Assembly (NCBI GenBank): GCA_965209155.1
Contig: OZ242383.1
Coordinates: 1,664,001-1,728,000 of the forward strand
Length of the DNA stretch: 64,000 nt
Direction: 5' to 3'
From: a bacterium
Lineage (GTDB): Bacteria; SAR324; NAC60-12
The notes under the pieces were generated by a model, which had not been told where the DNA came from, ran no database searches, and saw nothing but the letters and a program-made list of their open reading frames with translations. The stretch's first letter is position 1, and every line of letters starts with the position of its first letter. This document shows, piece after piece, positions 41,504 through 51,499 of the stretch. Made by a program: the position numbers and the translations under genes.

Positions 41504-44500
41504 ATGTGGGAGCGCCAAGTGGATGAAACAACTCAAACTCATGCCTTTCATGAGATCCAAAAGCTTTTTTCGAACGATGAAGTCTGTCGCAATCACCTTT
41601 TCCATCTCCGTTGGCCAGCCGGTTATGTGTGCTCCATCTGCGGTAGTGACCGCTACGATGCCCTGAAAAAACGTCAATTGCTGCAATGCAGAAACTGTAA
41701 ACACCAGACTTCGATCATCGCGGGCACTCTGATGCACCGGACGCGGACTCCGCTGCGTTACTGGTTTTGGGGGATTTATTATGTGGCGGCATGCAATGGG
41801 GAGACGACGGCTCAACAACTATCAGAAAAAATCGGATTAAATTACTATTCCGCCCGGAGAATGCTGGGAAAAATCCATGAAATCGAAAAGGACCAGGGTT
41901 TCCTGGGGAATCTGCTGAAAAGCTTCATAATTCCTGAAGGGTCCAAGGAAGCAATCTCCACTGGACCGGGAATGGAAACACAATCCAGGCTAACAAAAGA
42001 GTCGTATCCACTAAAAGAGCGGACGATTCCAGACAAAAAAAATCTGGAGATTCCAGGTTATTCTCTGAAGGAGATTTTTTTTGAAAGTGGGCGGACCCGT
42101 CTCTGGCGCGGCAAGCGGCAAAGGGACGGGCTTTTGGTCCTGATCAAGGGATCGGTTTCCGAGCAGAGCGCGCAGGAGCTCGCGGAAATGCGGCATGAGC
42201 ATGAGATCACCCGGGCCCTGGAGATCGATGGGGTCCTCATGTCAAAGGAACTGGCGCAGTGTGAAAACGGGTGGGCTTTGATCCTGGAAAACACTGATGC
42301 GCTCCCTTTAAGAAAGCTCATGGACTTAGCCCGGCTCGACCTGCTGGACTCGCTGAAGATAGCGCTTTCACTGGCCGGCATCCTGGAAGAAGTGCACCAG
42401 CAGGGCCTCCTGCATAAAATGATCAACCCGTTGAACATTTTTGTCGATTCGATATCGGGAACGGTCAAACTGAGCGGTTTCGGCCTGGCTACTCGGTTGC
42501 CTAAGGAAAATTTGAAAACGTTGAGTCCCCAGCTGACTGGGGAAACCCTGCCCTATATCTCCCCCGAGCAGACCGGCCGGATGAACCGCCCGCTCGATTA
42601 TCGCAGTGATTTTTATTCCCTGGGCGCCACCCTTTATGAACTTTTCACTGGAAGGGTGCCATTCCAATCCCGGGAGGCCATGGAAATCATCCACGCTCAC
42701 ATTGCCCGGCAGACCCCGCCCCCTGACGAGATTGAACCGCAAATACCCAGAGTCCTTTCCCGCCTGGTGATAAAACTGATGGCCAAGCGTGCCGAAGCGC
42801 GCTACCAGAGTCACTCGGGCCTGGCAGCCGATCTCCTGACATGTCTGGAGCAACTCGAAAACCAGGGGAGCCTGTCCGACTTTCCCCTGGGCCGCCAGGA
42901 CGTTCCCAAAGAATTGCAGGTCGCCCCGGGGCTTTACGGCCGGGAGGATGAAATCACCGCCCTGGAAGCCGCCCTGGAGAGAGTCAGCCAGGGAGCGGCC
43001 GAGATGGTGCTGGTCTCGGGAAGCGCTGGTGTCGGCAAAACCGCCCTGGTTGGTGAAATTCACCGGTCCGTTGCCCAAAAAAACGGCTTCTTCATCTCCG
43101 GCAAATTTGACCAGCTCCGGCACAATATCCCCTACAGCGCATTAATCCAAGCGCTGCGGGGACTCATCCGTGAGGTATCGGCCGAAGGCCAATCCGGAAG
43201 GGAGCGTTGGAAAAGCAGGATATTGGCTGCCCTGGGGCCCAACGGACAACTGGTGACCCGGGTAATCCCGGAACTGGAAAGGATGATCGGCCCGCAACCC
43301 CCGCTACCGGAAATGGGAGCGCTGGAGACCCGCAACCGCTTCACTACCGTTTTACTGGAGTTCATTGATCTTTTCTGTAAAAAAACCCATCCGCTGGTTA
43401 TTTTTCTGGACGACTTGCAATGGGTGGACGCCGATACCCTCAAGCTGGTGGAACGGATCGCTCAGCATCCAGAGAGGAAACCCCTGCTTTTCCTGGGAGC
43501 CTATCGCGACAACGAGGTGGAGGCCGATCACCGGTTGTCGATCAGTTGTGAGGTGATCAAAAAAACTGGCCAGCCACTGCAAACGATCCCCTTAAAGCCC
43601 CTCAACCCGGATGACATCTCACAACTGCTCGTCCACACCTGCCACTGCCGTCCTGAGGAGGCAAACCCGCTGGCAGAGGTCCTGGTGCGCAAAACCGGCG
43701 GCAATCCCTTCTTTGTGAGCCAGTTTTTAACTGTACTTTCCGAGAAGGAGTTGATCGGTTACTCCCCTGAGGAAAAACGATGGACCTGGGAGCTGGCTGC
43801 CATCGAATTCCTGGCGGTGACCGAGAATGTGGTGGAGTTGCTGGTTGACCGGCTCCACCGGTTTTCCACTGAAACCAGGCGACTTTTAAGCCTGGCGGCC
43901 TGCATCGGCAATACCTTTGACCTGGAATCCTTGGAACAGATCAGCGGAGTCGGAAGCGGGGAGATCTATGAGAACCTGTTGTCGGCCCTGGAAACCGGGT
44001 TGATCCTCGGTTTTCCCCGGGCTCCGCAGCTGGATAATCCCCCGGACGGAGCGTGCGCGGAGGGTGGCAGCTACAAATTCCTGCATGACCGGGTGCAGCA
44101 GGCGGCCTATGCCCTCATTGCCCAAAAGGAGAAACAGCCGGTCCATCTTCAAATCGGTCAGACCCTGCTCAAGCAATACGCTCCGGAGAAAAGTGACGCT
44201 TTGCTTTTTGACATCGTCCACCACCTCAACCTGGCCCGGAAGTTGATGGGTGGATCGAAAGAACGATCGCACCTGGCGGAGCTTAACCTGAAAGCCGGTC
44301 TTAAGGCCAGGGCGGCTTCAGCTTTTGAACAGGCCCTGGAATATTTTACCATCGGCCTGGACCTCTTAGGAGCCACCGCCTGGAAACGGCATTACCCCTT
44401 AACCTTATCCCTGCATGAGGAGGCCACGGAGATGTCATCGCTCTGCGGCCGCTTCGAGTTGATGGAGAAGCTGGCGGGTGCTGTAAAAGACAACGCCCGA

Positions 44501-47500
44501 GAGGACCCGGACCTGGCCAATGTTTATCAATGCCTGATCCAGGCGCACACCACCCGGGGTGAATTAAAGAAGGCCATGGAAACAGGCGCGGAGATTCTGG
44601 AGAAATTGGGGTGTCAACTGAGCCATTTGTCTCCCGACCAGTGGCAGCAGACCCTTGTTCAAATCAAATCCAGCCTGGCCGGTAAAAGCGTCGCGGACGT
44701 GATGCGCTTTGAGCCGCTCACCCAACCGCATGCCGAGGTCCTTGTCCCTATTCTGTATGAGCTCCGTCATGCATATGACCAGACTGGGGTTGCCTTGGAT
44801 GACGGTCTTTGGCAGCCCGTCGCTTCAAAACGCATCTCTTTGCTGCTGAATCATTTTCATCCGGAATATTCACCCGAATTCTATATTCACCTTGGATTTA
44901 TATATTGCGTGTTTACGCAGGATTTTGAATTTGCTTATGAACTCGGTCGTCTGGGCATACAGCTCATGGAAGCGCTTGATCTGAAGGAAATAAACTGTAG
45001 TGTTTCCGGGCTTTTCAACCTCGCGACACGGTTCTACCGGGAGCCGCTATCGACTTCATTGGATCCTTTGCTGGAAGCTCATCAGATGGGAATCGAGACG
45101 GGAGATTTCTACAATGCCGGTTGTAGCGCCATCGAAAGGTGTCAGATTGCCTTTATGTGCGGGAAAGAGCTGAATTGGCTGAAAGGAGAATTGTCGACGT
45201 TGAAGCTTGCTTTCAAGAAAATCGATTATATTCTTGGGTTTTCCAAAATCGAAATTCTGACGAAGGCGATCACGATTCTAATGGAGGAACCTTGGGCCCC
45301 GTCGACCGATATCATTGATCAATACCATAGGGTGTCAAGTGCGGAGTACGTCTATCATGAACAGAGCAGTTTCAACTACCAAAAGCTGGTGCTGCAATAT
45401 CTGTTCGAAGAATACGAAGCAGCCCGTGAGACGGTTTTTGAAATGATCAACCTGATGAAAACCTACAAGAATTCCCTTAATGATCCCCTGGCCAACTGCT
45501 ACCTCTCCCTCGCTCTCCTGGCGGTTTGCGGCCAGGGGAGCGAGGGGGAAAAGGAGGAGATCCTGACCCAGGTCGATGACAATCAGGAGACGTTGGAGAG
45601 ACTGGCGCGCTGCGCACCGTCCAATTTTTTACACAAGCATCACCTGGTGCAAGCCGAGCGGCTGCGGGTTTTGGAGGGTCAAAGCGATGCGATCCTGTCC
45701 CATTATGACCAGGCCATTGCCTTAGCCAAGGAGAGCGGATTTATCCATGAGGAAGCCCTGGCCGACGAACTGGCAGCCAGGTATTTGCTCAGCCAGGGGC
45801 AGAACGACGCCGCCAGGGCTTACCTGCGCGCAGCATTGGAGCAGTACGAAACCTGGGGGGCAAAACGGAAGGTCGCGCAGCTGAGGTCTCGATATCCCGG
45901 CCTGATTGCCGATAATCGCACTGAAGCGGTGGCGTCCCCATCGGCCAACCTGGACCAGGCTACGATGCTCAAAGCCTCGGAGGCCATCTCCAGTACCCTC
46001 GAGTTGGAACCGCTGCTGGAGATCCTGCTCCACATCCTCATAGAAAATGCCGGGGCTCAAACAGCAGCACTGATTGTGGAAACGGATGGCCAGTCTCTCA
46101 TCGCTGCCCGCGGGAGTGCCGAGTTGGTCGAAAGCTTTCTACCGCTTTCCCTGCTTGTGGAAAAGGCTGGATCCCTCTCCCTCTCGATCATCTCCTGGGT
46201 GAAACAAACCTGGGAACACCTGGTTTTGGACAATGCCTCCCGGGAGGAACGGTTTGTCGAGGATGACTATATTAAACGGGAACGTCCTAAATCCATCCTG
46301 TGCGCACCGATCATTCATCAGTCATCTATGAGCGGCATCATTTACCTGGAAAATAACCTGGTTGAGGGGGCCTTCACCTCCCGGCGATTCGAGATGGTCA
46401 AACACCTTAGCTCCCAGATCGCCATTTCCCTCGAAAATGCCAGGCTTCACGAAAACCTCAAACGAACCGAAGCGAAATACCGGGGAATTTTTGAAAATGC
46501 CACCGAAGGCATCTACCGGGCGAGCCTGGTTGGCAGGTTATTGAGCGCCAATCCAGCGATGGCCAGGTTATTCGGATACTCCTCCCCAAAAGAGCTGATG
46601 GCATCCATCACCGACATTGGGCACCAGCTTTATGTGAATCCGGAGCAGCGTCATCAGTTCCTGGATCTCATCCGGCAACGACGCCCCGTTTCTGATTTTG
46701 AAGTGAATTTTTTCCGTAAAGACGGCAGCACCTTCTGGGGATCTCTGCACGCAAGCCCAGTCTATGATGAGACCGGTGAATTGCGCTTCATCGATGGGAT
46801 TATTTCCGACGTAACGGAGCAGAAAAACCGGATGGAAGCCCTGCATCAAGAAAATGTCCGCCTGCGCTCCAACATCAAGGAGCGTTATCGCTTCGGAAAG
46901 ATCATCGGTAAAAGCCCCGTGATGCAGGAGATTTATGAATTGATCTTAAAGGCGGCGGCTAGCGATGTTGGCGTCATTGTCTATGGTGAATCAGGGACGG
47001 GTAAAGAACTGGTGGCCGAAGCCATCCATGAGATGAGTGATAGAAAAGAAAAACCCTTTGTTCCCGTCAACGCCGGTGCTGTTCCGGAAAACCTCTTGGA
47101 AAGCGAGTTTTTCGGCTACAAAAAAGGGGCCTTTACCGGAGCCAATGCGGATAAGCGCGGCCTGCTCCAACAGGCAGACAAAGGCACGCTTTTCCTGGAT
47201 GAATTGGGCGAAATCAGCCCCAATCTGCAAGCCAAACTGCTGCGTGCTATTGAGGGTGGAGGGTTCACGCCAATAGGCGGACTTGAAGCGGAAAACTCCG
47301 ATTTTCGCATCATTGCCGCCACCAATCAGGATTTAAAACAACAAATGAAAAAGGGATTGATGCGGGAGGATTTCTTCTATCGCATCCACATTATCCCTAT
47401 TCACTTGCCGCCTCTCCGGGAACGTAAAGAGGATATCCCCCTTTTGATCGAGCATTTTATGCAAAACTACACCCCCTCAAAGAACCTGCCCACAATCACC

Positions 47501-47839
47501 CTCCGTGTCATGGAAGCTCTGACCTCCTATGATTGGCCGGGCAATGTCCGGGAGCTGCAAAACATCCTGTATCGCTATGTCACCCTGGGAGAGGTTGATT
47601 TTCTGGGGGAACAAACAATCGCCCCTGGTGGTGAACTCTCAAATTTCGGAGTTAACCCCCGCCATGGGAAAATAGCCCTCGATCAAGCCGTCGCAGATAG
47701 TGAAAAAACGACGATTCTCAGCGCCCTGAAAAATAATGATGGCAACAAGACGAAAACCGCTGCCGCCCTGGGAATCTCCCGGACCACCCTCTTCAACAAA
47801 ATGAAAAAGTACGGAATTCGATCCAGCACAGGAATTTAA
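41504..47839 (+). CDS. Multidomain regulator: IS1595-type Zn-ribbon/HTH, Ser/Thr pseudokinase, AAA(STAND) ATPase, helical region, GAF, PAS, sigma54 activator, Fis HTH
   Basis: RWPAGYVCSICG..QCRNC..SIIAGT; YISPEQTGRMNR; GSAGVGKT, FLDDLQW; YLENN; YRGIFENA; GESGTGKE, GAFTGA, WPGNVREL; LGISRTTL. Confidence 0.9.
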   Translation: MWERQVDETTQTHAFHEIQKLFSNDEVCRNHLFHLRWPAGYVCSICGSDRYDALKKRQLLQCRNCKHQTSIIAGTLMHRTRTPLRYWFWGIYYVAACNGETTAQQLSEKIGLNYYSARRMLGKIHEIEKDQGFLGNLLKSFIIPEGSKEAISTGPGMETQSRLTKESYPLKERTIPDKKNLEIPGYSLKEIFFESGRTRLWRGKRQRDGLLVLIKGSVSEQSAQELAEMRHEHEITRALEIDGVLMSKELAQCENGWALILENTDALPLRKLMDLARLDLLDSLKIALSLAGILEEVHQQGLLHKMINPLNIFVDSISGTVKLSGFGLATRLPKENLKTLSPQLTGETLPYISPEQTGRMNRPLDYRSDFYSLGATLYELFTGRVPFQSREAMEIIHAHIARQTPPPDEIEPQIPRVLSRLVIKLMAKRAEARYQSHSGLAADLLTCLEQLENQGSLSDFPLGRQDVPKELQVAPGLYGREDEITALEAALERVSQGAAEMVLVSGSAGVGKTALVGEIHRSVAQKNGFFISGKFDQLRHNIPYSALIQALRGLIREVSAEGQSGRERWKSRILAALGPNGQLVTRVIPELERMIGPQPPLPEMGALETRNRFTTVLLEFIDLFCKKTHPLVIFLDDLQWVDADTLKLVERIAQHPERKPLLFLGAYRDNEVEADHRLSISCEVIKKTGQPLQTIPLKPLNPDDISQLLVHTCHCRPEEANPLAEVLVRKTGGNPFFVSQFLTVLSEKELIGYSPEEKRWTWELAAIEFLAVTENVVELLVDRLHRFSTETRRLLSLAACIGNTFDLESLEQISGVGSGEIYENLLSALETGLILGFPRAPQLDNPPDGACAEGGSYKFLHDRVQQAAYALIAQKEKQPVHLQIGQTLLKQYAPEKSDALLFDIVHHLNLARKLMGGSKERSHLAELNLKAGLKARAASAFEQALEYFTIGLDLLGATAWKRHYPLTLSLHEEATEMSSLCGRFELMEKLAGAVKDNAREDPDLANVYQCLIQAHTTRGELKKAMETGAEILEKLGCQLSHLSPDQWQQTLVQIKSSLAGKSVADVMRFEPLTQPHAEVLVPILYELRHAYDQTGVALDDGLWQPVASKRISLLLNHFHPEYSPEFYIHLGFIYCVFTQDFEFAYELGRLGIQLMEALDLKEINCSVSGLFNLATRFYREPLSTSLDPLLEAHQMGIETGDFYNAGCSAIERCQIAFMCGKELNWLKGELSTLKLAFKKIDYILGFSKIEILTKAITILMEEPWAPSTDIIDQYHRVSSAEYVYHEQSSFNYQKLVLQYLFEEYEAARETVFEMINLMKTYKNSLNDPLANCYLSLALLAVCGQGSEGEKEEILTQVDDNQETLERLARCAPSNFLHKHHLVQAERLRVLEGQSDAILSHYDQAIALAKESGFIHEEALADELAARYLLSQGQNDAARAYLRAALEQYETWGAKRKVAQLRSRYPGLIADNRTEAVASPSANLDQATMLKASEAISSTLELEPLLEILLHILIENAGAQTAALIVETDGQSLIAARGSAELVESFLPLSLLVEKAGSLSLSIISWVKQTWEHLVLDNASREERFVEDDYIKRERPKSILCAPIIHQSSMSGIIYLENNLVEGAFTSRRFEMVKHLSSQIAISLENARLHENLKRTEAKYRGIFENATEGIYRASLVGRLLSANPAMARLFGYSSPKELMASITDIGHQLYVNPEQRHQFLDLIRQRRPVSDFEVNFFRKDGSTFWGSLHASPVYDETGELRFIDGIISDVTEQKNRMEALHQENVRLRSNIKERYRFGKIIGKSPVMQEIYELILKAAASDVGVIVYGESGTGKELVAEAIHEMSDRKEKPFVPVNAGAVPENLLESEFFGYKKGAFTGANADKRGLLQQADKGTLFLDELGEISPNLQAKLLRAIEGGGFTPIGGLEAENSDFRIIAATNQDLKQQMKKGLMREDFFYRIHIIPIHLPPLRERKEDIPLLIEHFMQNYTPSKNLPTITLRVMEALTSYDWPGNVRELQNILYRYVTLGEVDFLGEQTIAPGGELSNFGVNPRHGKIALDQAVADSEKTTILSALKNNDGNKTKTAAALGISRTTLFNKMKKYGIRSSTGI

Positions 47840-47855
47840 AAATAGAGTTTAATAG

Positions 47856-47963
47856 TGTTCAAAATATTAAACATGTTTCAAAATCTGAATTATGATATAT
47901 AAATATTTAATATCAGAGAGTTAACCCTTTTTTCTGATCGGTGCTTGTTAACATAATTGAACA
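47856..47963. promoter_or_regulatory. Two putative enhancer (UAS) palindromes, consensus TGTTCA-N6-TGAACA
   Basis: TGTTCAAAATATTAAACA at 47856 and TGTTAACATAATTGAACA at 47946. Confidence 0.55.
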
Positions 47964-48040
47964 CTTGCTTCGCATACCCAAACCTCCCTCTTATCAAAAT
48001 TAGTTAATAATTACAATAAGTTAACTGAATATCCTCAAAT

Positions 48041-48056
48041 TTGGCACACTACTTGA
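48041..48056 (+). promoter_or_regulatory. Putative sigma54 -24/-12 promoter
   Basis: TTGGCAC-ACTAC-TTGA (-12 GA instead of GC); IHF-like TTACAATAAGTTA at 48011. Confidence 0.6.
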
Positions 48057-48300
48057 TGCTTGAAGCTCAACCTGCCGAAAAACGCGGGGCGAGGGGCAAT
48101 GCCCTTTCGCAAGAGGTGAGATCCTTGAGATTCTTTTTTCGTTCATTTTTTATAAGGAGAACACTATGTTGAAATCACGTAAACAGAAATTTGTTGCCCC
48201 CCTCATGGGGCTGTTCGTTACAGACGTTGTGTCTGTTACGATAACCCGATTCGCCCCGTGGGTGAATCGTATTCTGAACCCTCAATTGAAAGAGGTTTAT

Positions 48301-49551
48301 ATGGTAAAGAGAATATTGTTGTTAATATCAAGTGTCCTGCTCGCTTATGGACTGGGGGTGGCCCCTGTTTTGGCTAAAGAGATAACCTTTTGGTCTCGGG
48401 CCACCAATCAGACCCAGCTTACTGCGCTGGTCGATGCCTGGAATGAAACGCACGAGACCCAGATCAAACTCACATTGATTCCCTGGGATGATTTTTTTTC
48501 CAAACTAGGTCTCGCCATGGCCACCGGCACACCGCCCGACATTGCTGCGATTGAGGTGGGCCACTTTACGAAGTACGCAGCAGAGGGGCAAATGTTGGAT
48601 ATTACCGACAAAGCCAAAGCCCTTCCATACTTTAAATATTTTATTCCAGCTCATAATATGTACTATCCCTTTGGCGGTAAAAAACTCTATGGGATTTCAT
48701 TCTTCCCTGATATTGCAGTTCTCATATATAACAAAAATCTGTTCAGGCAGGCCAGTCTTGATCCTGAAAATCCACCGTCGAACAGGGCTGAAATGAAAAA
48801 CGCGATAGAGCGGATCACTGCGCTGGGTGACGACATTAACGGTTTCTACGCCTCCTTAGCGTGCCGCGGCTGTATGTATTTCTTCGGGTTGTCGCAAATC
48901 TGGGCGAGCGGTGGCAATATCATAGACTATAGTGCGAACAAAACGACTTACGACGACCCCGAAGTTGGGGCTTTATTGAAATTCTACCGTTGGATGTTGA
49001 CATCCGGTAATGTGCCGGCCAGTGCGAAGGCGGATACTGGGAGCGGTTTTACAACACTCTTTAAGGCCGGGAAAATCGGCATGCAAGGCGTAAACACGCC
49101 TGCTGCTGCAGATATGATGAATCACTTCGGGGATGATGTTGGTGTCACCTTCCTGCCCGGCAGGGAATTCGGCGCCGGTTCTATGATTGGTGGCGACAGC
49201 ATTGGTATTCCTGCTGGCTCGAAGAACCCGGATGAAGCGTGGAAGTTTATCGAGTGGATGACGACGGAAGAAGTGCAGTTGAAGTACTATGCAGGGATGA
49301 ACATGATCCCCACCCGTATGGACTTGTATGATCATCAAGTTTTCGCGAAAGATCCACGCCTTGTTAAGTCGGCTAAGGCATCGGAATTTGGCAGGGTCCC
49401 ATATTTAGTAGAGAATGCTAAAATAGTGTGTTGCTCCCCCACTGCTCCGTGGGTGACTTTGGTGGAACAATCGATATTTGAAGGCGAATATGATGAGGTG
49501 GTCGATGAGTTAAATAAAGAGGCCACCAAAATACTAAGAGAGACCCAATAG
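48301..49551 (+). CDS. Sugar ABC substrate-binding protein
   Basis: Signal peptide MVKRILLL..., PPDIA, LIYNKNLF, AWKFIEWM; an upstream in-frame ATG at 48166 also has an RBS. Confidence 0.88.
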   Translation: MVKRILLLISSVLLAYGLGVAPVLAKEITFWSRATNQTQLTALVDAWNETHETQIKLTLIPWDDFFSKLGLAMATGTPPDIAAIEVGHFTKYAAEGQMLDITDKAKALPYFKYFIPAHNMYYPFGGKKLYGISFFPDIAVLIYNKNLFRQASLDPENPPSNRAEMKNAIERITALGDDINGFYASLACRGCMYFFGLSQIWASGGNIIDYSANKTTYDDPEVGALLKFYRWMLTSGNVPASAKADTGSGFTTLFKAGKIGMQGVNTPAAADMMNHFGDDVGVTFLPGREFGAGSMIGGDSIGIPAGSKNPDEAWKFIEWMTTEEVQLKYYAGMNMIPTRMDLYDHQVFAKDPRLVKSAKASEFGRVPYLVENAKIVCCSPTAPWVTLVEQSIFEGEYDEVVDELNKEATKILRETQ

Positions 49552-49631
49552 ATCTTACCTCGACGTGCAGAAAGGGGAGGCACCGTGAAGGCCCTCCCCT
49601 CCAATATCCTGTCATCTGGAAGTTTCTTATT

Positions 49632-50510
49632 ATGACATCACACCATCGGCGTCAGTTCCAGGGGTTTCTCTTTGTTTTACCGGCCGTCGTTTTCACCCTG
49701 ACCTTCTTCATCATCCCGCTTTGCATGACCATCTGGATGTCGCTTAATGATTGGCCGCTGTTAGGGACTCCAAAATTCACTGGCCTGGAAAACTACACCG
49801 ATCTTGTTGACGACAAGTTTTTTTGGAGAAGCCTTTGGTTTACAACCCAGTACACGCTCTTGGTGATACCGGCCATCATCATTCTCGGTATGATCCTCGC
49901 TCTGTTGGTCAATCAGCCCCTGACCGGCGTCGGTCTCTATCGGACCAGCTATTTCATTCCGGTGGTCGTCGGTTTCGCGGCATCGAGCTTTATCTGGTTA
50001 TGGCTGTTCCACAATGAGGCCGGTCTCCTGAACACCCTTCTCAGGGACCTGGGCCTCCTTAAAGGAGACCTGGTTTGGATGGCCGAAAAAAACCTGGCAC
50101 TCAGCGCTGTCGTCCTGTCGGTTGTCTGGAAAACCGTGGGCTTTGCGATGATTCTGTTCCTGGCCGGCATTCAGGCCATTCCCGGCGAACTACACGAGGC
50201 GGGCAGGGTTGACGGCGCCAACGCCTGGTCCCGATTTATCTATATTACCCTGCCGCTGCTGCGTCGGACCTTTGCCTTGGTGCTCATTTTAACGATGATC
50301 AGCTCCTTTCTGGCATTTGACCAGTTCTTTATCATGACAGCTGGTGGCCCGCGGCAACAGACGCTCACTGCCGTGTACCTGATCTATGCAAGATCGTTCG
50401 TAAATTTCGATATGGGCTACGGATCAGCCCTCTCCTTTGTCTTGTTGGTAATTCTGCTGTTCTTCAGTTACCTGCAGCTTCGTTTATTGCGAGACAATAC
50501 CCGGTTTTAA
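49632..50510 (+). CDS. Carbohydrate ABC permease
   Basis: GLENY, LAGIQAIP.ELHEAGRVDGA EAA loop. Confidence 0.92.
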   Translation: MTSHHRRQFQGFLFVLPAVVFTLTFFIIPLCMTIWMSLNDWPLLGTPKFTGLENYTDLVDDKFFWRSLWFTTQYTLLVIPAIIILGMILALLVNQPLTGVGLYRTSYFIPVVVGFAASSFIWLWLFHNEAGLLNTLLRDLGLLKGDLVWMAEKNLALSAVVLSVVWKTVGFAMILFLAGIQAIPGELHEAGRVDGANAWSRFIYITLPLLRRTFALVLILTMISSFLAFDQFFIMTAGGPRQQTLTAVYLIYARSFVNFDMGYGSALSFVLLVILLFFSYLQLRLLRDNTRF

Positions 50511-50549
50511 TATGCCTTACAATCAGAGCGGACTTAAAGGAAACTGACC

Positions 50550-51437
50550 ATGCCTTCAAATACCATAGCCAAACTATCGTCCACCCGCTCGTGGCGCAAA
50601 ATCGAAAGGAGTAGCCTCTATGTATTGTGCATTTCACTAGCGATCCTCTTTTTGTCTCCGATCATTTTTTCTGCTCTGAACTCATTCAAGGCGCCCGCAG
50701 AGGCGTCGGCGGTGCCACCGACCTATCTGCCGTCATCCTTTTCCTTTGAAAGCTACCTGGACCTCTATAATTACGGTGTGGGCGTTTTTCAGTATTTATT
50801 CAACAGTGCGGCGGTGGCAATTTTCACGGTCATCGGGACGATCGTGCTCAGCACGTTGGCCGGCTATGGTTTTTCACGGTTTGACTTCCCAGGCAAAAAC
50901 GCCCTGTTTATCCTGGTGTTGCTGACGTTGATGATTCCCTTCCAAGCGATCCTGACCCCGCTCTTCATTTTATTTATTAAGTTGAAGCTGAATAACACCC
51001 TATTAGGACTCGCGCTGGTCTATATCACCTTCCAACTGCCTTTTGGGGTTTTCGTGATGCGCAATACCTTTGACATGGTTCCCCGAGAGATCGAAGAGGC
51101 GGCCTTGCTGGACGGCTGCAATACCTTCGAAATGCTATGGCGGGTGATGTTGATCCCGGTGCGCCCAGGGATCATCACCGTCGCCATTTTCACCTTTATC
51201 AATTCGTGGAATGAATTCCTGGCAGCCTTGATCCTCATGACCGATGAAAGCAAATTCACCCTGCCCATTATGCTCGTCGCTGTGCGCGCTGAAGGCGCTG
51301 GCACAGTGGGGTCGGCTGCAGTCGACTGGGGGGCGCTCCAGGCCGGCGTAACGGTCAACATCATCCCCTGCTTGATCCTGTTTCTACTCCTGCAGCGCTA
51401 CTATATAAAAGGCCTCATGGGCGGGAGTGTTAAGTGA
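50550..51437 (+). CDS. Carbohydrate ABC permease
   Basis: PREIEEAALLDG, SWNEF, LQRYYIKG. Confidence 0.92.
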   Translation: MPSNTIAKLSSTRSWRKIERSSLYVLCISLAILFLSPIIFSALNSFKAPAEASAVPPTYLPSSFSFESYLDLYNYGVGVFQYLFNSAAVAIFTVIGTIVLSTLAGYGFSRFDFPGKNALFILVLLTLMIPFQAILTPLFILFIKLKLNNTLLGLALVYITFQLPFGVFVMRNTFDMVPREIEEAALLDGCNTFEMLWRVMLIPVRPGIITVAIFTFINSWNEFLAALILMTDESKFTLPIMLVAVRAEGAGTVGSAAVDWGALQAGVTVNIIPCLILFLLLQRYYIKGLMGGSVK

Positions 51438-51499
51438 TGACCCTGCATACAGCAGGTGTTTTAATATTAAATTTTTAGCGAAAAGGTAAGGACATAAAA

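Noticed and set aside
41504..41890. Autonomous IS1595 element
   Set aside because: No DDE domain, terminal IRs or TSD; reported instead as a fused domain
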